The notes: generated by a model from the letters alone, not told the origin. DNA of 64,000 nt from an uncultured Candidatus Actinomarina sp. (GCA_902533795.1 CACAND010000001.1:238844-302843); one strand, 5' to 3'. Counted from the stretch's first letter, positions 1 to 9,438 are shown. Program-made: numbers and translations.

Positions 1-46
1 CTGTTTTTAATACGTCTGCACCAATTCTTTGATTAGGTTTTTTCAT
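1..46 (-). CDS. 5' end of an unidentified CDS running off the left edge (MKKPNQRIGADVLKT...)
   Basis: ATG at 46..44 on the minus strand, open to the window edge. Only 15 codons are visible, so no product call is possible. Confidence 0.2.
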   Translation of the reverse strand, partial: MKKPNQRIGADVLKT

Positions 47-81
47 AACAATCTCAAATTTTATAATAACAAAAAGTTAAA

Positions 82-1302
82 TTAATCTTTATTTAACAAA
101 CTATTTTGCATTAACCAATATTTATAAAGATGATTCTCAGCTATGTCTAGACTATTTATTTGAATAGGGTCACCTTTTTTTACATCTTGATTTAAAATAT
201 TATTTTCTGATAAGCCTAATGGTGCAAGGCCTTTGCTATTCGTAACTTTCATAGCTTTTCCATAAATATAATCTCCACCAATTGAACCAAGATTTGCTCC
301 TGCTTTTAAGTCTGTCTTCGCATGCGCTACAACATCAATATTCCATGATGTAGCACTTAGTTGAGTTTCTTTATCAACCATAAGCTTCATGATTGTTCTT
401 GGAATTTCAAGACTTGTTAAGTGATAAGGCCTATATAGAGTCCAGTAGGGCCCTTTACCCATTTTTAGATATTCCATTTCGTAATTAACATAATCATCTT
501 CAGAATATACAATTGCAAAAACTCCCGGAGCAACACCAAATGCGAAATCAACAACATTTATATTCTTAAGTAATCCGCCTGAAGATTCTGGAATAAAGAT
601 TGAATTTAAACTTTTATAATCAGAATCTGGCCCATGCATGCCATCAATATCCAAATTAAAATCCAGATAATTTCCTAATGCAGCCATTTCAATCATTGTT
701 TTACTTCCGTCAACAAAACTTGTTAACATATTTGGATTCATATTTTTTTTATGGGCTTCTTCTTCAAGATCTTTTGGTGTTGCATATTTGTTAAAAGGAT
801 TGTTTTTACCTTTTCCAATTGCAATTACATCCATAGAGATTTCTTTTGCGAAGTTATATAATTCAACAGCAGCTACTGGTTCATCTCCATCGCCAACTGT
901 TACAATGCAATTATTTTTCTTTGCTTCTTCATTGAGTGCTAAACCAATAGTTGCCTCAGTCTCAACATTTAAAAGTATTAAATGAATTTTTCTATTTAGC
1001 ACTTTTGAGGCGACCTCTGCTCCGGATGAAGGAGTCCCCGTTGCCTCAATAACAATATCTAAATCATGTTCATCTAACGCTTCGATATTACTTGATAGAG
1101 TAACTTTTGAATTGTTATACCTATTGTTTGCCTGTTGTAACTTTTCCTCATTTTTATCAATGACTAAAACTAAATCCGTGAAATCCATTTTATTTAGTTG
1201 GGCAACAATGCCTTGACCCATTTGGCCTGCACCAATTAAGCCCACTTTTGTATTTTTACCTCTGTCTGAGACAAAAGTTGAGTATCTGTCTAATAAACTC
1301 AT
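82..1302 (-). CDS. NAD(P)-binding oxidoreductase with C-terminal SAF-like domain (homoserine-dehydrogenase-like, COG4091-type)
   Basis: 406 aa ORF. N-terminal Rossmann motif VGLIGAGQMGQG. The start codon directly abuts the stop of the upstream cytidylyltransferase gene (1302/1303). Confidence 0.5.
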   Translation of the reverse strand: MSLLDRYSTFVSDRGKNTKVGLIGAGQMGQGIVAQLNKMDFTDLVLVIDKNEEKLQQANNRYNNSKVTLSSNIEALDEHDLDIVIEATGTPSSGAEVASKVLNRKIHLILLNVETEATIGLALNEEAKKNNCIVTVGDGDEPVAAVELYNFAKEISMDVIAIGKGKNNPFNKYATPKDLEEEAHKKNMNPNMLTSFVDGSKTMIEMAALGNYLDFNLDIDGMHGPDSDYKSLNSIFIPESSGGLLKNINVVDFAFGVAPGVFAIVYSEDDYVNYEMEYLKMGKGPYWTLYRPYHLTSLEIPRTIMKLMVDKETQLSATSWNIDVVAHAKTDLKAGANLGSIGGDYIYGKAMKVTNSKGLAPLGLSENNILNQDVKKGDPIQINSLDIAENHLYKYWLMQNSLLNKD

Positions 1303-1980
1303 TTATTTAATACTCCCACCAAGTCTAGATTTTAAGATCTCTAAATCTTCTTTATATGTTATTTTTAGATTTAAATTAGAACCATTTATCACCCTTGATT
1401 CTACACCTAAAATTTTTGATACTTGCTGAGTTGTGTCGTGTGAATCCATAATTTTTTCAACATTATTGAGATATGCTTTTTCTAAAATATCAAAAGTAAA
1501 TAATTGAGGAGTTTGTATTTCCATAATGTTTTCACTCACAATTTCATTTGAAGTTTTAGATATAAATTTAGCCTTCATTACTGGTGAACAAGATCCATAC
1601 TTTCTTGCTTCAATGATAAGATCTTCTAGTAAATCTGCTGGCAAGAAAGATCTTGCACAATCGTGAATTGCAATAAGATCATTTTTCTCAATGTCAAATT
1701 CATCCAAAGCTCTTAATCCAAGAACTTCACTTTCATGTCTAGTCTTTCCTCCCAAAATTGTTATTACTTCTTGTTCAAAATTCATGGAGTTTAAAATTTC
1801 ATTAATTCTTTTTATATTTTCTTTATTGCAAACGATTACAAGTAAAGATATATTTTTGTTTTTCAAAAAAGTTTCAATAGGAAACTGAATAAGTTCTCTG
1901 GCTTCATACTCTATGAAGAGTTTATCTGCCTCAAATCTTTTGCTAGATCCAGCAGCAAGTAATATTCCAATGACTTTCAA
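1303..1980 (-). CDS. IspD/TarI-family cytidylyltransferase (2-C-methyl-D-erythritol-4-P or alditol-phosphate cytidylyltransferase)
   Basis: 225 aa. Has LLAAGSSKRF (GxGxR-type loop), IHDCARSF (cf. VHDAARP), QTPQLF, and C-terminal NLKITYKEDL, all typical of IspD/TarI. Confidence 0.7.
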   Translation of the reverse strand: MKVIGILLAAGSSKRFEADKLFIEYEARELIQFPIETFLKNKNISLLVIVCNKENIKRINEILNSMNFEQEVITILGGKTRHESEVLGLRALDEFDIEKNDLIAIHDCARSFLPADLLEDLIIEARKYGSCSPVMKAKFISKTSNEIVSENIMEIQTPQLFTFDILEKAYLNNVEKIMDSHDTTQQVSKILGVESRVINGSNLNLKITYKEDLEILKSRLGGSIK

Positions 1981-1987
1981 TATATTT

Positions 1988-3601
1988 TTATGATATGAGT
2001 TTTCTTAAATTGTGAGAATCTAATGAAGAAAGTATTTGTTCTTTTGTAATGTGAGCTAAATTATTTTTTGCATAAACAAGAGAGTTTATAATATTTGGAC
2101 CTTGTGAGGGTGCAATGCTATATACTCTTAATCCTAGGAGATACAAAACAACAGCGGCATCTTTGTCCGATGCCATATCTCCACATACTGAAACTTCAAT
2201 ATTATTTTCAACACCAACTTGGATTACATTATTTATCAACTTCAATACTCCAGTATCAAGTGGGTCTTGGTATTTGTTTAATGAAGCTAGACCTCTATCT
2301 GCCGCGTAGGTATATTGAATCAAATCATTCGTACCAATTGAAAAGAAATTTACATAACCAACATATAATTCAGCATTTAATGCTGCAGAGGGTGTCTCGA
2401 CCATTATTCCAAGAGGAGGTGTTTTAATATTTAACTTCTCAGATTCTTCAATGACGATATTTTTAGCTTTTATAAAGTCATCTAAGATTGACACCATAGG
2501 AAACATAATTTTTACTTTATTATTTAATTTTGAGGTGAGTATAGAAACTATTTGCTCTCTAAAAAGTGCTTCTTCTTCAAGTGAATACCTTATCCCTCTT
2601 ACGCCTAAAAAAGGATTTTCTTCTTTTGGCAATTTTAAATAAGGGACTTGCTTGTCTCCACCAATATCTAGTGTTCTAAAAACAATTGTTTCACTAAACT
2701 TTGAATCTAATTCATTATTTATCTTTATCTGGTCCTCTAATGAAGGCTTAGTTGTCTTATCGATATAAATAAATTCAGATCTAAACAATCCTACGGATTT
2801 AATTAATTGATCATTAAAAGCTTGTATTTCATCATTGCTACCAATGTTCGCTCTCAATGTTAAATTAAGATCATCGATAGATTTCTGATTGTAAAATTCT
2901 TTTAACTTATCGGATCTATCCATACTTTCCTCAACTCTATTTAGGATCTTGTCATCAGGATTTATAAATATTTCACCTGAATCTCCATCAATAACAATTT
3001 GCTCTTCAGCGCTTAAATCCAAGATTGATATGTCAAAATTTATTACACAAGGTATACCCAAATTTTTAGCAACTATTACTGCGTGAGAAGTTGGACCAGA
3101 ATTTGTAACAACAAAACCTTTGACTTTTGTTAGATCTAAATAGGATGTATCGTTTGGAGTTAAATCAAAAGCAAATATAATCACATCTTCATCAAGTTTT
3201 TGGTCTAAAACAATATTCTGCATAGAGAAAATTATCTCTTTACCTATTGAGATGATGTCTTCAGCTCTTTGTTTAAAGTATTCATCTTCGAATTTCATCA
3301 TTTCATCAGAAGTATTTTTAAATATATCAAAAATTTCTTTAAGATCATGATCTTCATTGATCATATCTGATATCTCCGGATCGTTTATGAGCAATCGATA
3401 TGCATCTAAAACTTCGGCTTCATTGTTACGATTATCTTTTTTTAATTTTTCAATTAAGTTCGAATATTTTAAATCTAACTTCTGCTGGCTTGCTTTAAAA
3501 CTTATTTTACTGGGTATCGATAGGTCGATTTCATTATTAATAAAATGAAACTTGCCCAAACCTATTCCTGGAGATACCCCTGTTCCCTTGAAACTGTCCA
3601 T
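1988..3601 (-). CDS. ptsI: Phosphoenolpyruvate-protein phosphotransferase (PTS enzyme I-like)
   Basis: 537 aa. N-terminal GVSPGIGLGK, swivel-His motif SGPTSHAVIVAKNLGIPCV, and C-terminal FFSIGTNDLIQYT PEP-binding motif. Confidence 0.8.
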   Translation of the reverse strand: MDSFKGTGVSPGIGLGKFHFINNEIDLSIPSKISFKASQQKLDLKYSNLIEKLKKDNRNNEAEVLDAYRLLINDPEISDMINEDHDLKEIFDIFKNTSDEMMKFEDEYFKQRAEDIISIGKEIIFSMQNIVLDQKLDEDVIIFAFDLTPNDTSYLDLTKVKGFVVTNSGPTSHAVIVAKNLGIPCVINFDISILDLSAEEQIVIDGDSGEIFINPDDKILNRVEESMDRSDKLKEFYNQKSIDDLNLTLRANIGSNDEIQAFNDQLIKSVGLFRSEFIYIDKTTKPSLEDQIKINNELDSKFSETIVFRTLDIGGDKQVPYLKLPKEENPFLGVRGIRYSLEEEALFREQIVSILTSKLNNKVKIMFPMVSILDDFIKAKNIVIEESEKLNIKTPPLGIMVETPSAALNAELYVGYVNFFSIGTNDLIQYTYAADRGLASLNKYQDPLDTGVLKLINNVIQVGVENNIEVSVCGDMASDKDAAVVLYLLGLRVYSIAPSQGPNIINSLVYAKNNLAHITKEQILSSLDSHNLRKLIS

Positions 3602-3629
3602 AGAGTAAAGTTAGTGAAATATTTTTATA

Positions 3630-4016
3630 ATGCAATACTTCTTAGTTGTTAAAGAATGTATCTTTGTATTAATGGAAATAATAACAATAGATATTGAAAA
3701 AGATGATGCAGCTGATTTAGATTTAAGAGAATCTTTATATTTAAAACTTATTAATTCTGAAAATATAAAAGACAGTAGTCCAGATTTTGATGAGTTAGAA
3801 AAATTTGATTGTATTCCACATTTTAAGGAAGCTAGTAATGCTCTTAAAGAAATAGAGAACAATCGTATTACTGACCACAAGAACAGAAATAATTATAAAA
3901 AAGTTACTTACCCTTTATATTTGAAAACTGAAACTTATATAAATTTTCTAAAAATTAATGATTCAAAATGGGATCTTATCAAATTTTTAAATAGCCATTC
4001 ATTTAAAACTAAATAG
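3630..4016 (+). CDS. Hypothetical acidic small protein (alternative start at 3672)
   Basis: 128 aa ORF with plausible K/E/D/N-rich composition. The overlapping minus-strand ORF 3611..3880 looks like an antisense shadow. No recognisable domain. Confidence 0.35.
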   Translation: MQYFLVVKECIFVLMEIITIDIEKDDAADLDLRESLYLKLINSENIKDSSPDFDELEKFDCIPHFKEASNALKEIENNRITDHKNRNNYKKVTYPLYLKTETYINFLKINDSKWDLIKFLNSHSFKTK

Positions 4017-4851
4017 ATTTAATTTTTGAGTCATAAATTATTTGCGAAATTCCAACAAAAAGAATCAATGTAAAGCCTATTAGTTGATTTAAAGAAATTA
4101 TTTCGTCCAATATGATAATTCCTAAAATAACTCCCGATGTTGGCTCTAAATAAGTAATCGTACTTACAGAAAGTGGTTTTATTATTTTTACGACATACCA
4201 ATAAGTAGTTAGTCCTATAGCAGTTAAGAAAATTCCTAAAAATAGACTTACGAAAATATTCTCTATCATCCACGTAAATCCTGGAACAGTAAAGTAAAAC
4301 ATAACCAATCCTGCGGATAACAATTGTGCAAAGGCAATATTTAAACCCCCAAATTGATTTGTATAATGTTCACCTATCGTAATTAATAAAGACAAGCTTA
4401 CGGCGCTTATTATTCCCAATACAGCTCCACTTGCTGAATCTATGGTGCCAATATCCAATAAAACAATCAATCCTATAAATCCGATAATAATTATAAAAGT
4501 TTGAATAATTGTTAATCGTTTTCCTCGTAAACCTTCAATCAAAAGAACAAAAATTGGATATGAAAAAACTAATCCGATACCAACTGCAACACTATTTCTT
4601 TCTATTGACTCAAACATTGTTGCCCAGTGTAAAGCAAGTAACGGACCCAGAATTATCCCTGGCTTGACTAATGCTCTATAATCTACTTTTTTATTTATGA
4701 AAAAAAGAGACAGGAAAATTGATCCAATAAACGTTCTTATACCAACCAAACTTATAGGGCTAATCTCAGATGTTTTGATAATTATTGGGATCGTGCCCCA
4801 AGAGATAGCTAATACTGTGATTGCAGCATAAGCCCTAAGACTTTTTTTCAC
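4009..4851 (-). CDS. EamA/DMT-family transporter
   Basis: 280 aa with about 10 hydrophobic segments. N-terminal AAITVLAISWGTIPIIIK is typical of EamA repeats. The start overlaps the dnaB stop by 1 nt. Confidence 0.7.
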   Translation of the reverse strand: MKKSLRAYAAITVLAISWGTIPIIIKTSEISPISLVGIRTFIGSIFLSLFFINKKVDYRALVKPGIILGPLLALHWATMFESIERNSVAVGIGLVFSYPIFVLLIEGLRGKRLTIIQTFIIIIGFIGLIVLLDIGTIDSASGAVLGIISAVSLSLLITIGEHYTNQFGGLNIAFAQLLSAGLVMFYFTVPGFTWMIENIFVSLFLGIFLTAIGLTTYWYVVKIIKPLSVSTITYLEPTSGVILGIIILDEIISLNQLIGFTLILFVGISQIIYDSKIKSI

Positions 4852-6209
4852 TAATCTTGTTGTCTTGAATAGTTTGAGAACTGTGTATATTCTTTACTGA
4901 AATATAAATCTATTTTACCTGTTGACCCTGACCTATGTTTAACAATATTAACCTCGGCTACTCCAGGTGTTTCTGTAGCAGGGTTGTAATAGTCATCTCT
5001 ATAAAGCATCATTACAATGTCAGCGTCTTGTTCAATTGCACCAGATTCACGAAGATCTCCTAATCTTGGTCTTTTATCTTCTCTTGCCTCAGCAGCACGA
5101 TTTAACTGTGACAAAGCAATTATTGGAACTTTTAACTCTCTAGCAAGATTTTTTAAGTTTCTACTTATTTCTGCGATTTCTTGTTGTCTGTTGTCTCCAG
5201 ATAGTCCCTGCATTAGTTGTAGATAGTCGACAACAATTAAATCTAATCCCTTTGAGGCTTTTAGTCTTCTTGATTTTGCTCGAATATCTGTGACCGTAAT
5301 TACGGATGCGTCGTCAAAATATAATGGCATATTGTTTACTTTGGATGCTGCTTCAACTACTCTTGACCATTTCTCTGGACCAAGTTGACCTTTCCTTGCA
5401 TCACCTGAAGTAACTTTTGCCTCTGAAAACAAAACTCTTTGCACTAACTCTTCTTTTGTCATTTCAAGAGAAAAGAACGCAGTGATTTTATTGTCTTTAG
5501 ATACATTTGTTGCAATATTTAAAGCTAAAGAGGATTTACCCATGCTTGGTCTGGCAGCTATTACTACTAAATTACCTTCTTGTAATCCAGCAAGGATTGA
5601 ATCAAGATCGGCAAAATCTGTTGCAAGTCCAGAAAGCCCAGTTCCTATATTCTCTATTTCCTCAATTTTCTCAATTGCATCGTTGAGTACATCTGAAACG
5701 CCAATTAATCCATCGCCTATAGCATCATCGGATGCCGTAAATATAGACTGTTCGGCCTCATCCATAACGCTCGATATGTCTTTATCTAGGGCATAAGCTA
5801 AGAGTTCTATTCTTCCGCTAGCTTTCAAGAGTTTTCTTCTGTTTGAATGTTCAAGGACAATCTCAATATATCTTTCAAAGTTTGCAGAACTTGGAACATT
5901 CTCAATAAGTCTTGCAATTGATGAAGTTTTCAAGCTTGTTGTATTTTTCTTATCTTTAAATACTGTCTCGGAAACTGTAACACTATCAATTGGTCTTCCA
6001 GAATCAAATAACTCTTTCATTGCTTCAAATATTGTTTGGTTGGTAGGGCTATAAAAATCAGATGGTTTTACAGCTTCCATGAGCCTATTAGAAGCATCTC
6101 TAGATAGAAGAGCACTCCCTAATAAAGCTTCTTCAGCCTCAATACTATTTGGTGGAGACTTTTGTAAAATTTCTGAATCTCTACTAGATAATGCTTCAGG
6201 TCCGGCCAT
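4851..6209 (-). CDS. dnaB: Replicative DNA helicase DnaB
   Basis: 452 aa. Has PPNSIEAEEALLGSALL at the N-terminus, Walker A ARPSMGKSS, and SQLNR. No intein-sized insertion. Confidence 0.95.
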   Translation of the reverse strand: MAGPEALSSRDSEILQKSPPNSIEAEEALLGSALLSRDASNRLMEAVKPSDFYSPTNQTIFEAMKELFDSGRPIDSVTVSETVFKDKKNTTSLKTSSIARLIENVPSSANFERYIEIVLEHSNRRKLLKASGRIELLAYALDKDISSVMDEAEQSIFTASDDAIGDGLIGVSDVLNDAIEKIEEIENIGTGLSGLATDFADLDSILAGLQEGNLVVIAARPSMGKSSLALNIATNVSKDNKITAFFSLEMTKEELVQRVLFSEAKVTSGDARKGQLGPEKWSRVVEAASKVNNMPLYFDDASVITVTDIRAKSRRLKASKGLDLIVVDYLQLMQGLSGDNRQQEIAEISRNLKNLARELKVPIIALSQLNRAAEAREDKRPRLGDLRESGAIEQDADIVMMLYRDDYYNPATETPGVAEVNIVKHRSGSTGKIDLYFSKEYTQFSNYSRQQD

Positions 6210-6211
6210 TT

Positions 6212-6658
6212 TTATGTCTCTGGAACTATTTCTAATGTAACTTCAAAAGATACATCTCCACTTAGATTTATTGTGATATCGTGCAAACCTATCTCTTTAA
6301 TTGCATTATCTGAAATTTGACTTTCATTAATCTTGTAACCTGAAAATTTTTCAATTGCTTCAATAATTAACTCATTTGATATTGAGGCATAAAGCGTTCC
6401 TTCGTCAGTAGAATTTGCTGCAATTACGATTTTTGCATCAGCTAAGCCAGTTTTAATTGAGTTCGCAAGCTCTATGTTTTCCTCAATAGATGCTTGTCTT
6501 TTTTGCTGTATTTGTTCAGCAATTAAGATATTTTTTTCGGTTGCTTTTATGCCTAAATTTTTTGGTAATAGATAGTTTCTAGCATAACCTTTAGCAACTT
6601 CTACAACGTCGCCTTTTTTCCCAAGCTTTTTTATGTCTTGGTTTAAAATAACTTTCAT
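6212..6658 (-). CDS. rplI: 50S ribosomal protein L9
   Basis: 148 aa. MKVILNQDIKKLGKKGDVVEVAKGYARNYLLPKNLG is the canonical L9 N-terminus. Confidence 0.95.
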   Translation of the reverse strand: MKVILNQDIKKLGKKGDVVEVAKGYARNYLLPKNLGIKATEKNILIAEQIQQKRQASIEENIELANSIKTGLADAKIVIAANSTDEGTLYASISNELIIEAIEKFSGYKINESQISDNAIKEIGLHDITINLSGDVSFEVTLEIVPET

Positions 6659-6936
6659 CTTCGATTGTATGATTGCTTATAAGAACTTGTTGTTACATAA
6701 GGTAATAAAGCTAGCTCTCTACCAATTTTTACAAGTCTTGCTATTTTGGCTTGTTCTTGCTTTGTAATACCAGTAATTAAACTAGATCTAATTTTTCCAC
6801 GATCTGATAAAAATTTTTCCAAAAGCTTAACGTCTTTATAAGTAGCATTCTGAATTTGTTCTTTTGATACTCTTCTTTGCTTTGGAGCTTCGTATTTTGA
6901 AAGTTTTGGCTTACTTCTATTGTTTGATTTACCCAT
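6655..6936 (-). CDS. rpsR: 30S ribosomal protein S18
   Basis: 93 aa basic protein lying between ssb and rplI. Has the FLSDRGKI and TGITKQEQAKIARLVKIGRELALLP motifs. Confidence 0.9.
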   Translation of the reverse strand: MGKSNNRSKPKLSKYEAPKQRRVSKEQIQNATYKDVKLLEKFLSDRGKIRSSLITGITKQEQAKIARLVKIGRELALLPYVTTSSYKQSYNRR

Positions 6937-6945
6937 AATTAATCC

Positions 6946-7371
6946 TTAAAACGGTGCTTCATTTTCTTCAAAGTTATCTCTAACTTTTGGAGTTTCTGAA
7001 ACATTTCCTCCACCAGATGTGCGTTCTACATTAGCTTTAGCCCACCTTAAGCTTGGAGCAATTTCATCAATAGCTATATCTACTACAGATCGATTCTGTC
7101 CATCTTGAGTTTCCCATGATCGGTAATTTAACCTTCCAACTACAATTACTCTCATTCCTTTTTGTAATGTGGATGCAGCATTTTCAGCCATATCATTCCA
7201 AACTGTTCCTTGAAAAAACATTGGTTCACCCTCATCCCATGAACCATCACTATTTCTTTTTCTTTTATTTTGGGCCATTCTAATCTCAGCTAATGTTGCA
7301 CCAGAGTCTGTAACTCTTACTTCTGGATCAGCTGTTAAATTTCCAATTATTGTTACTGTGTTATCTACCAT
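6946..7371 (-). CDS. ssb: Single-stranded DNA-binding protein
   Basis: 141 aa. OB-fold N-terminus NTVTIIGNLTADPEVR and an acidic C-terminal tip ending EENEAPF. Confidence 0.9.
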   Translation of the reverse strand: MVDNTVTIIGNLTADPEVRVTDSGATLAEIRMAQNKRKRNSDGSWDEGEPMFFQGTVWNDMAENAASTLQKGMRVIVVGRLNYRSWETQDGQNRSVVDIAIDEIAPSLRWAKANVERTSGGGNVSETPKVRDNFEENEAPF

Positions 7372-7381
7372 TTGTCTACCT

Positions 7382-7669
7382 CTAGCTTTCCATCTTTAAT
7401 ACTTTGTGTCTAATGACATCATCAGATATTTTTAGCACTCTATCTAACTCTCCAGGTATGTTTCCAGCACCTTCAAATGAGGTAATCGTATAAATCCCTT
7501 CTTTAAAGGTATCGATTTGATAAGCAAGTTTTCTTTTTTGCCAGACACCTTGCTCGGAAACATTTCCACCGTTTGAAGTAATTAAATCAGTGACTGTTTT
7601 ATGTAGTTCTTCTACAACTGAATCTTCAGCAGTAGGTCTCACGATTGAGACTAAATCATATTTGTTCAT
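7382..7669 (-). CDS. rpsF: 30S ribosomal protein S6
   Basis: 95 aa. MNKYDLVSIVRP start, and it is the first gene of the rpsF-ssb-rpsR-rplI cluster. Confidence 0.9.
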   Translation of the reverse strand: MNKYDLVSIVRPTAEDSVVEELHKTVTDLITSNGGNVSEQGVWQKRKLAYQIDTFKEGIYTITSFEGAGNIPGELDRVLKISDDVIRHKVLKMES

Positions 7670-7688
7670 ATTTCTCCTATGGACACTT

Positions 7689-7715
7689 GTACGTGGCTTC
7701 TTTTGAAGCAGGTAC
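7689..7715 (-). promoter_or_regulatory. Hairpin in the rpsF 5' leader (candidate S6:S18 autoregulatory element)
   Basis: Minus-strand GTACCTGCTTCAAAAGAAGCCACGTAC. It has a 4-bp outer stem, an internal mismatch/bulge, a 5-bp inner stem GCTTC/GAAGC and an AAAA loop. It ends about 20 nt upstream of the AGGAG SD and the rpsF ATG. Confidence 0.4.
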
Positions 7716-7740
7716 TTATTAATTTAATACTAGATAGAGG

Positions 7741-8604
7741 TTATGACAGAATTTTTTTAACTTCTTTTTTCCACTCTTTTAAGCTTTCAGGTAAAGAGTC
7801 ACCTGAATCGTAGGAATGATCATCTGTTGGAAAATCTTTATTTTCAATATCTTTTTTGAATTTTTTCATTACTTCTACAACTTTTTCATATTGATTGTCA
7901 TATCTTTTTACAAATTTCGCATCAATATATTCTTTCGATTTCATGCCTAGTAGATCATGGTAAACAAGAACTTGTCCATCTACGTGAACTCCTGCACCTA
8001 TTCCAATAGTAGGAATTGAAACTTTCTCTGTTATTGTTTGAGCGACTACTTTTGGTACACCTTCAAGAACAAAAGAAAAACACCCTAAGGAATCTAATAA
8101 AATTGCATCTTCTAATAATTCTTTTGCAAGCTCTAGTGTTTTTCCTTGAACTTTATATCCACCCATAATATTTTTTGATTGTGGTGTTAATCCTAAGTGA
8201 CCCATTACAGGAATTTCAGCATTGATTAATGCTTTTATCATTTTTTCTCTTTTTTTTCCACCTTCAATTTTTACTGCGTCGGCTTTACCTTCTTGAATAA
8301 ATCTTGCAGCATTTTTTACTGTTTCCTCTTTAGAGACGTGATAGCTCATATATGGCATATCTGCTACAACAAGTGAGTTTGGATTTGCTCTTGTAACTGC
8401 TTTTACATGGTGAAGCATTTCATCAACAGTAACTGAGAGTGTATCATCATAACCTAAAACTACTTGAGCAAGTGAATCTCCAACAAGAATAATGTCTATA
8501 TCCGCATCAGATATTGCTCTTGATGAAGGATAATCATACGCAGTCATCATCGATATGACGCGTTCGTCTTTTAATTTAATTACTTTAGGTACTGTTATTT
8601 TCAT
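7741..8604 (-). CDS. panB: 3-methyl-2-oxobutanoate hydroxymethyltransferase
   Basis: 287 aa. Has MMTAYDYPSS, ILVGDSLAQVVLGYDDTL and GHLGLTPQS motifs. Confidence 0.9.
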   Translation of the reverse strand: MKITVPKVIKLKDERVISMMTAYDYPSSRAISDADIDIILVGDSLAQVVLGYDDTLSVTVDEMLHHVKAVTRANPNSLVVADMPYMSYHVSKEETVKNAARFIQEGKADAVKIEGGKKREKMIKALINAEIPVMGHLGLTPQSKNIMGGYKVQGKTLELAKELLEDAILLDSLGCFSFVLEGVPKVVAQTITEKVSIPTIGIGAGVHVDGQVLVYHDLLGMKSKEYIDAKFVKRYDNQYEKVVEVMKKFKKDIENKDFPTDDHSYDSGDSLPESLKEWKKEVKKILS

Positions 8605-8754
8605 TTTTCTCTCCGCCTTTTGGTCGAAGGATTAATTTAATTTTAAACAAAAAATTCTTTAATACAACTCATTTCCCGTTAACAAATAATTTACAATTTA
8701 TTTCGACATGAACAGGACCAATTTCTTAAGATTGATGATATAAGAAAGGAAATT

Positions 8755-9390
8755 ATGTATTTTAGAATAACAATCCCAGCTCTACAGGATGGAAAAAAAG
8801 ATGAGGCTGTGTCTTTTGTAAAAGATAAAGTTATGCCTGAATTTGATGGTACACCTGGCTTGCTTTCAATGACAGCAGCCATAACAGGTGAGACATCTGG
8901 AATAAATATGTCGGCTTATGAAAATAAAGAAGCAAGTGACGCTATTGCGGAAAAAGTTCAAGCAACTCTAGCTGAGGCTGCATCATTTATGTCGGCACCT
9001 CCAGTAATTTATGAAGGTGAAGCTGTTTTTGGAAAGGTATACCAAAGCATTAGCAAGGAAGAGAAAAAACCTGGTTATATGAGATTGGTAGTGGGCGTAG
9101 CAAAAGAAACAGATGCTGTATTAAATTTCCTAAAAGAAAAAGTTGAACCTATTTATGAAGACTCTGAAGGCCTTCAGATAACTGGAGCATTGTTTGATGG
9201 CAATAGTGCTATCAGTTGGAATATATGGGACAGCCAGGAAGCTATGGAAAAAGCCGTAGAGAAATTACAAGCTGCTCTTGATAGCGAATCAGAAAGCGAT
9301 TTGTTTGATGGAGATACATTGGCCTACATGGGTCCTGTATATGCAGGTAAAGTATTCGTAGATTTTAATGAGGGTGAAAGCCCAAATTAA
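8755..9390 (+). CDS. Tandem dimeric alpha/beta-barrel (ABM/Dabb/NIPSNAP-like) protein of unknown function, family 'S'
   Basis: 211 aa made of two ~100-aa halves. The second half carries the ABM-like motif (ISWNIWDSQEAMEKA). Paralogous to 36972..37616, 38227..38880 and 38900..39541, with a shared C-terminal VDF.xGES. Confidence 0.55.
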   Translation: MYFRITIPALQDGKKDEAVSFVKDKVMPEFDGTPGLLSMTAAITGETSGINMSAYENKEASDAIAEKVQATLAEAASFMSAPPVIYEGEAVFGKVYQSISKEEKKPGYMRLVVGVAKETDAVLNFLKEKVEPIYEDSEGLQITGALFDGNSAISWNIWDSQEAMEKAVEKLQAALDSESESDLFDGDTLAYMGPVYAGKVFVDFNEGESPN

Positions 9391-9438
9391 GGCGTCTTTT
9401 TTTGTAAAATAAAAAAGAGTAATAACATAGGAGGAATT

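Noticed and set aside
788-985. Many 60-140 aa ORFs in the track lie antisense to or inside long, well-supported genes. Examples: 788..985, 1691..1888, 2095..2427, 2115..2309, 2451..2642, 3357..3548, 5017..5226, 5482..5796, 10144..10407, 10821..11105, 13088..13345, 14007..14216, 14875..15108, 16153..16374, 19006..19212, 19526..19714, 21121..21330, 21548..21781, 25456..25662, 26158..26373, 27594..27872, 28293..28478, 28715..28933, 30255..30557, 31436..31633, 31972..32157, 35108..35308, 37441..37695, 38963..39310, 39576..39761, 40012..40299, 40456..40722, 42769..42981, 43780..44172, 45172..45405, 45843..46037, 48290..48478, 50997..51206, 53041..53253, 53337..53534, 54137..54376, 57416..57649, 58413..58616, 59413..59700, 60229..60645, 60715..60903.
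   Set aside because: They are shadow ORFs. Each overlaps a longer ORF with clear family motifs on the other strand or frame. Their translations are S/L/F/I/C-rich low-complexity strings typical of antisense frames in AT-rich DNA.
3611-3880. Minus-strand 89-aa ORF overlapping 3630..4016.
   Set aside because: Its composition (SISLRALLASLKCGIQSNFSNSSKS...) looks like an antisense artefact. The plus-strand frame is longer and has ordinary K/E/D/N-rich composition. Neither has a recognisable domain, so even the plus-strand call is weak.
4851-6209. Intein or other insertion in DnaB (common in Actinobacteria).
   Set aside because: The length (452 aa) and uninterrupted helicase motifs show no intein-sized insertion.
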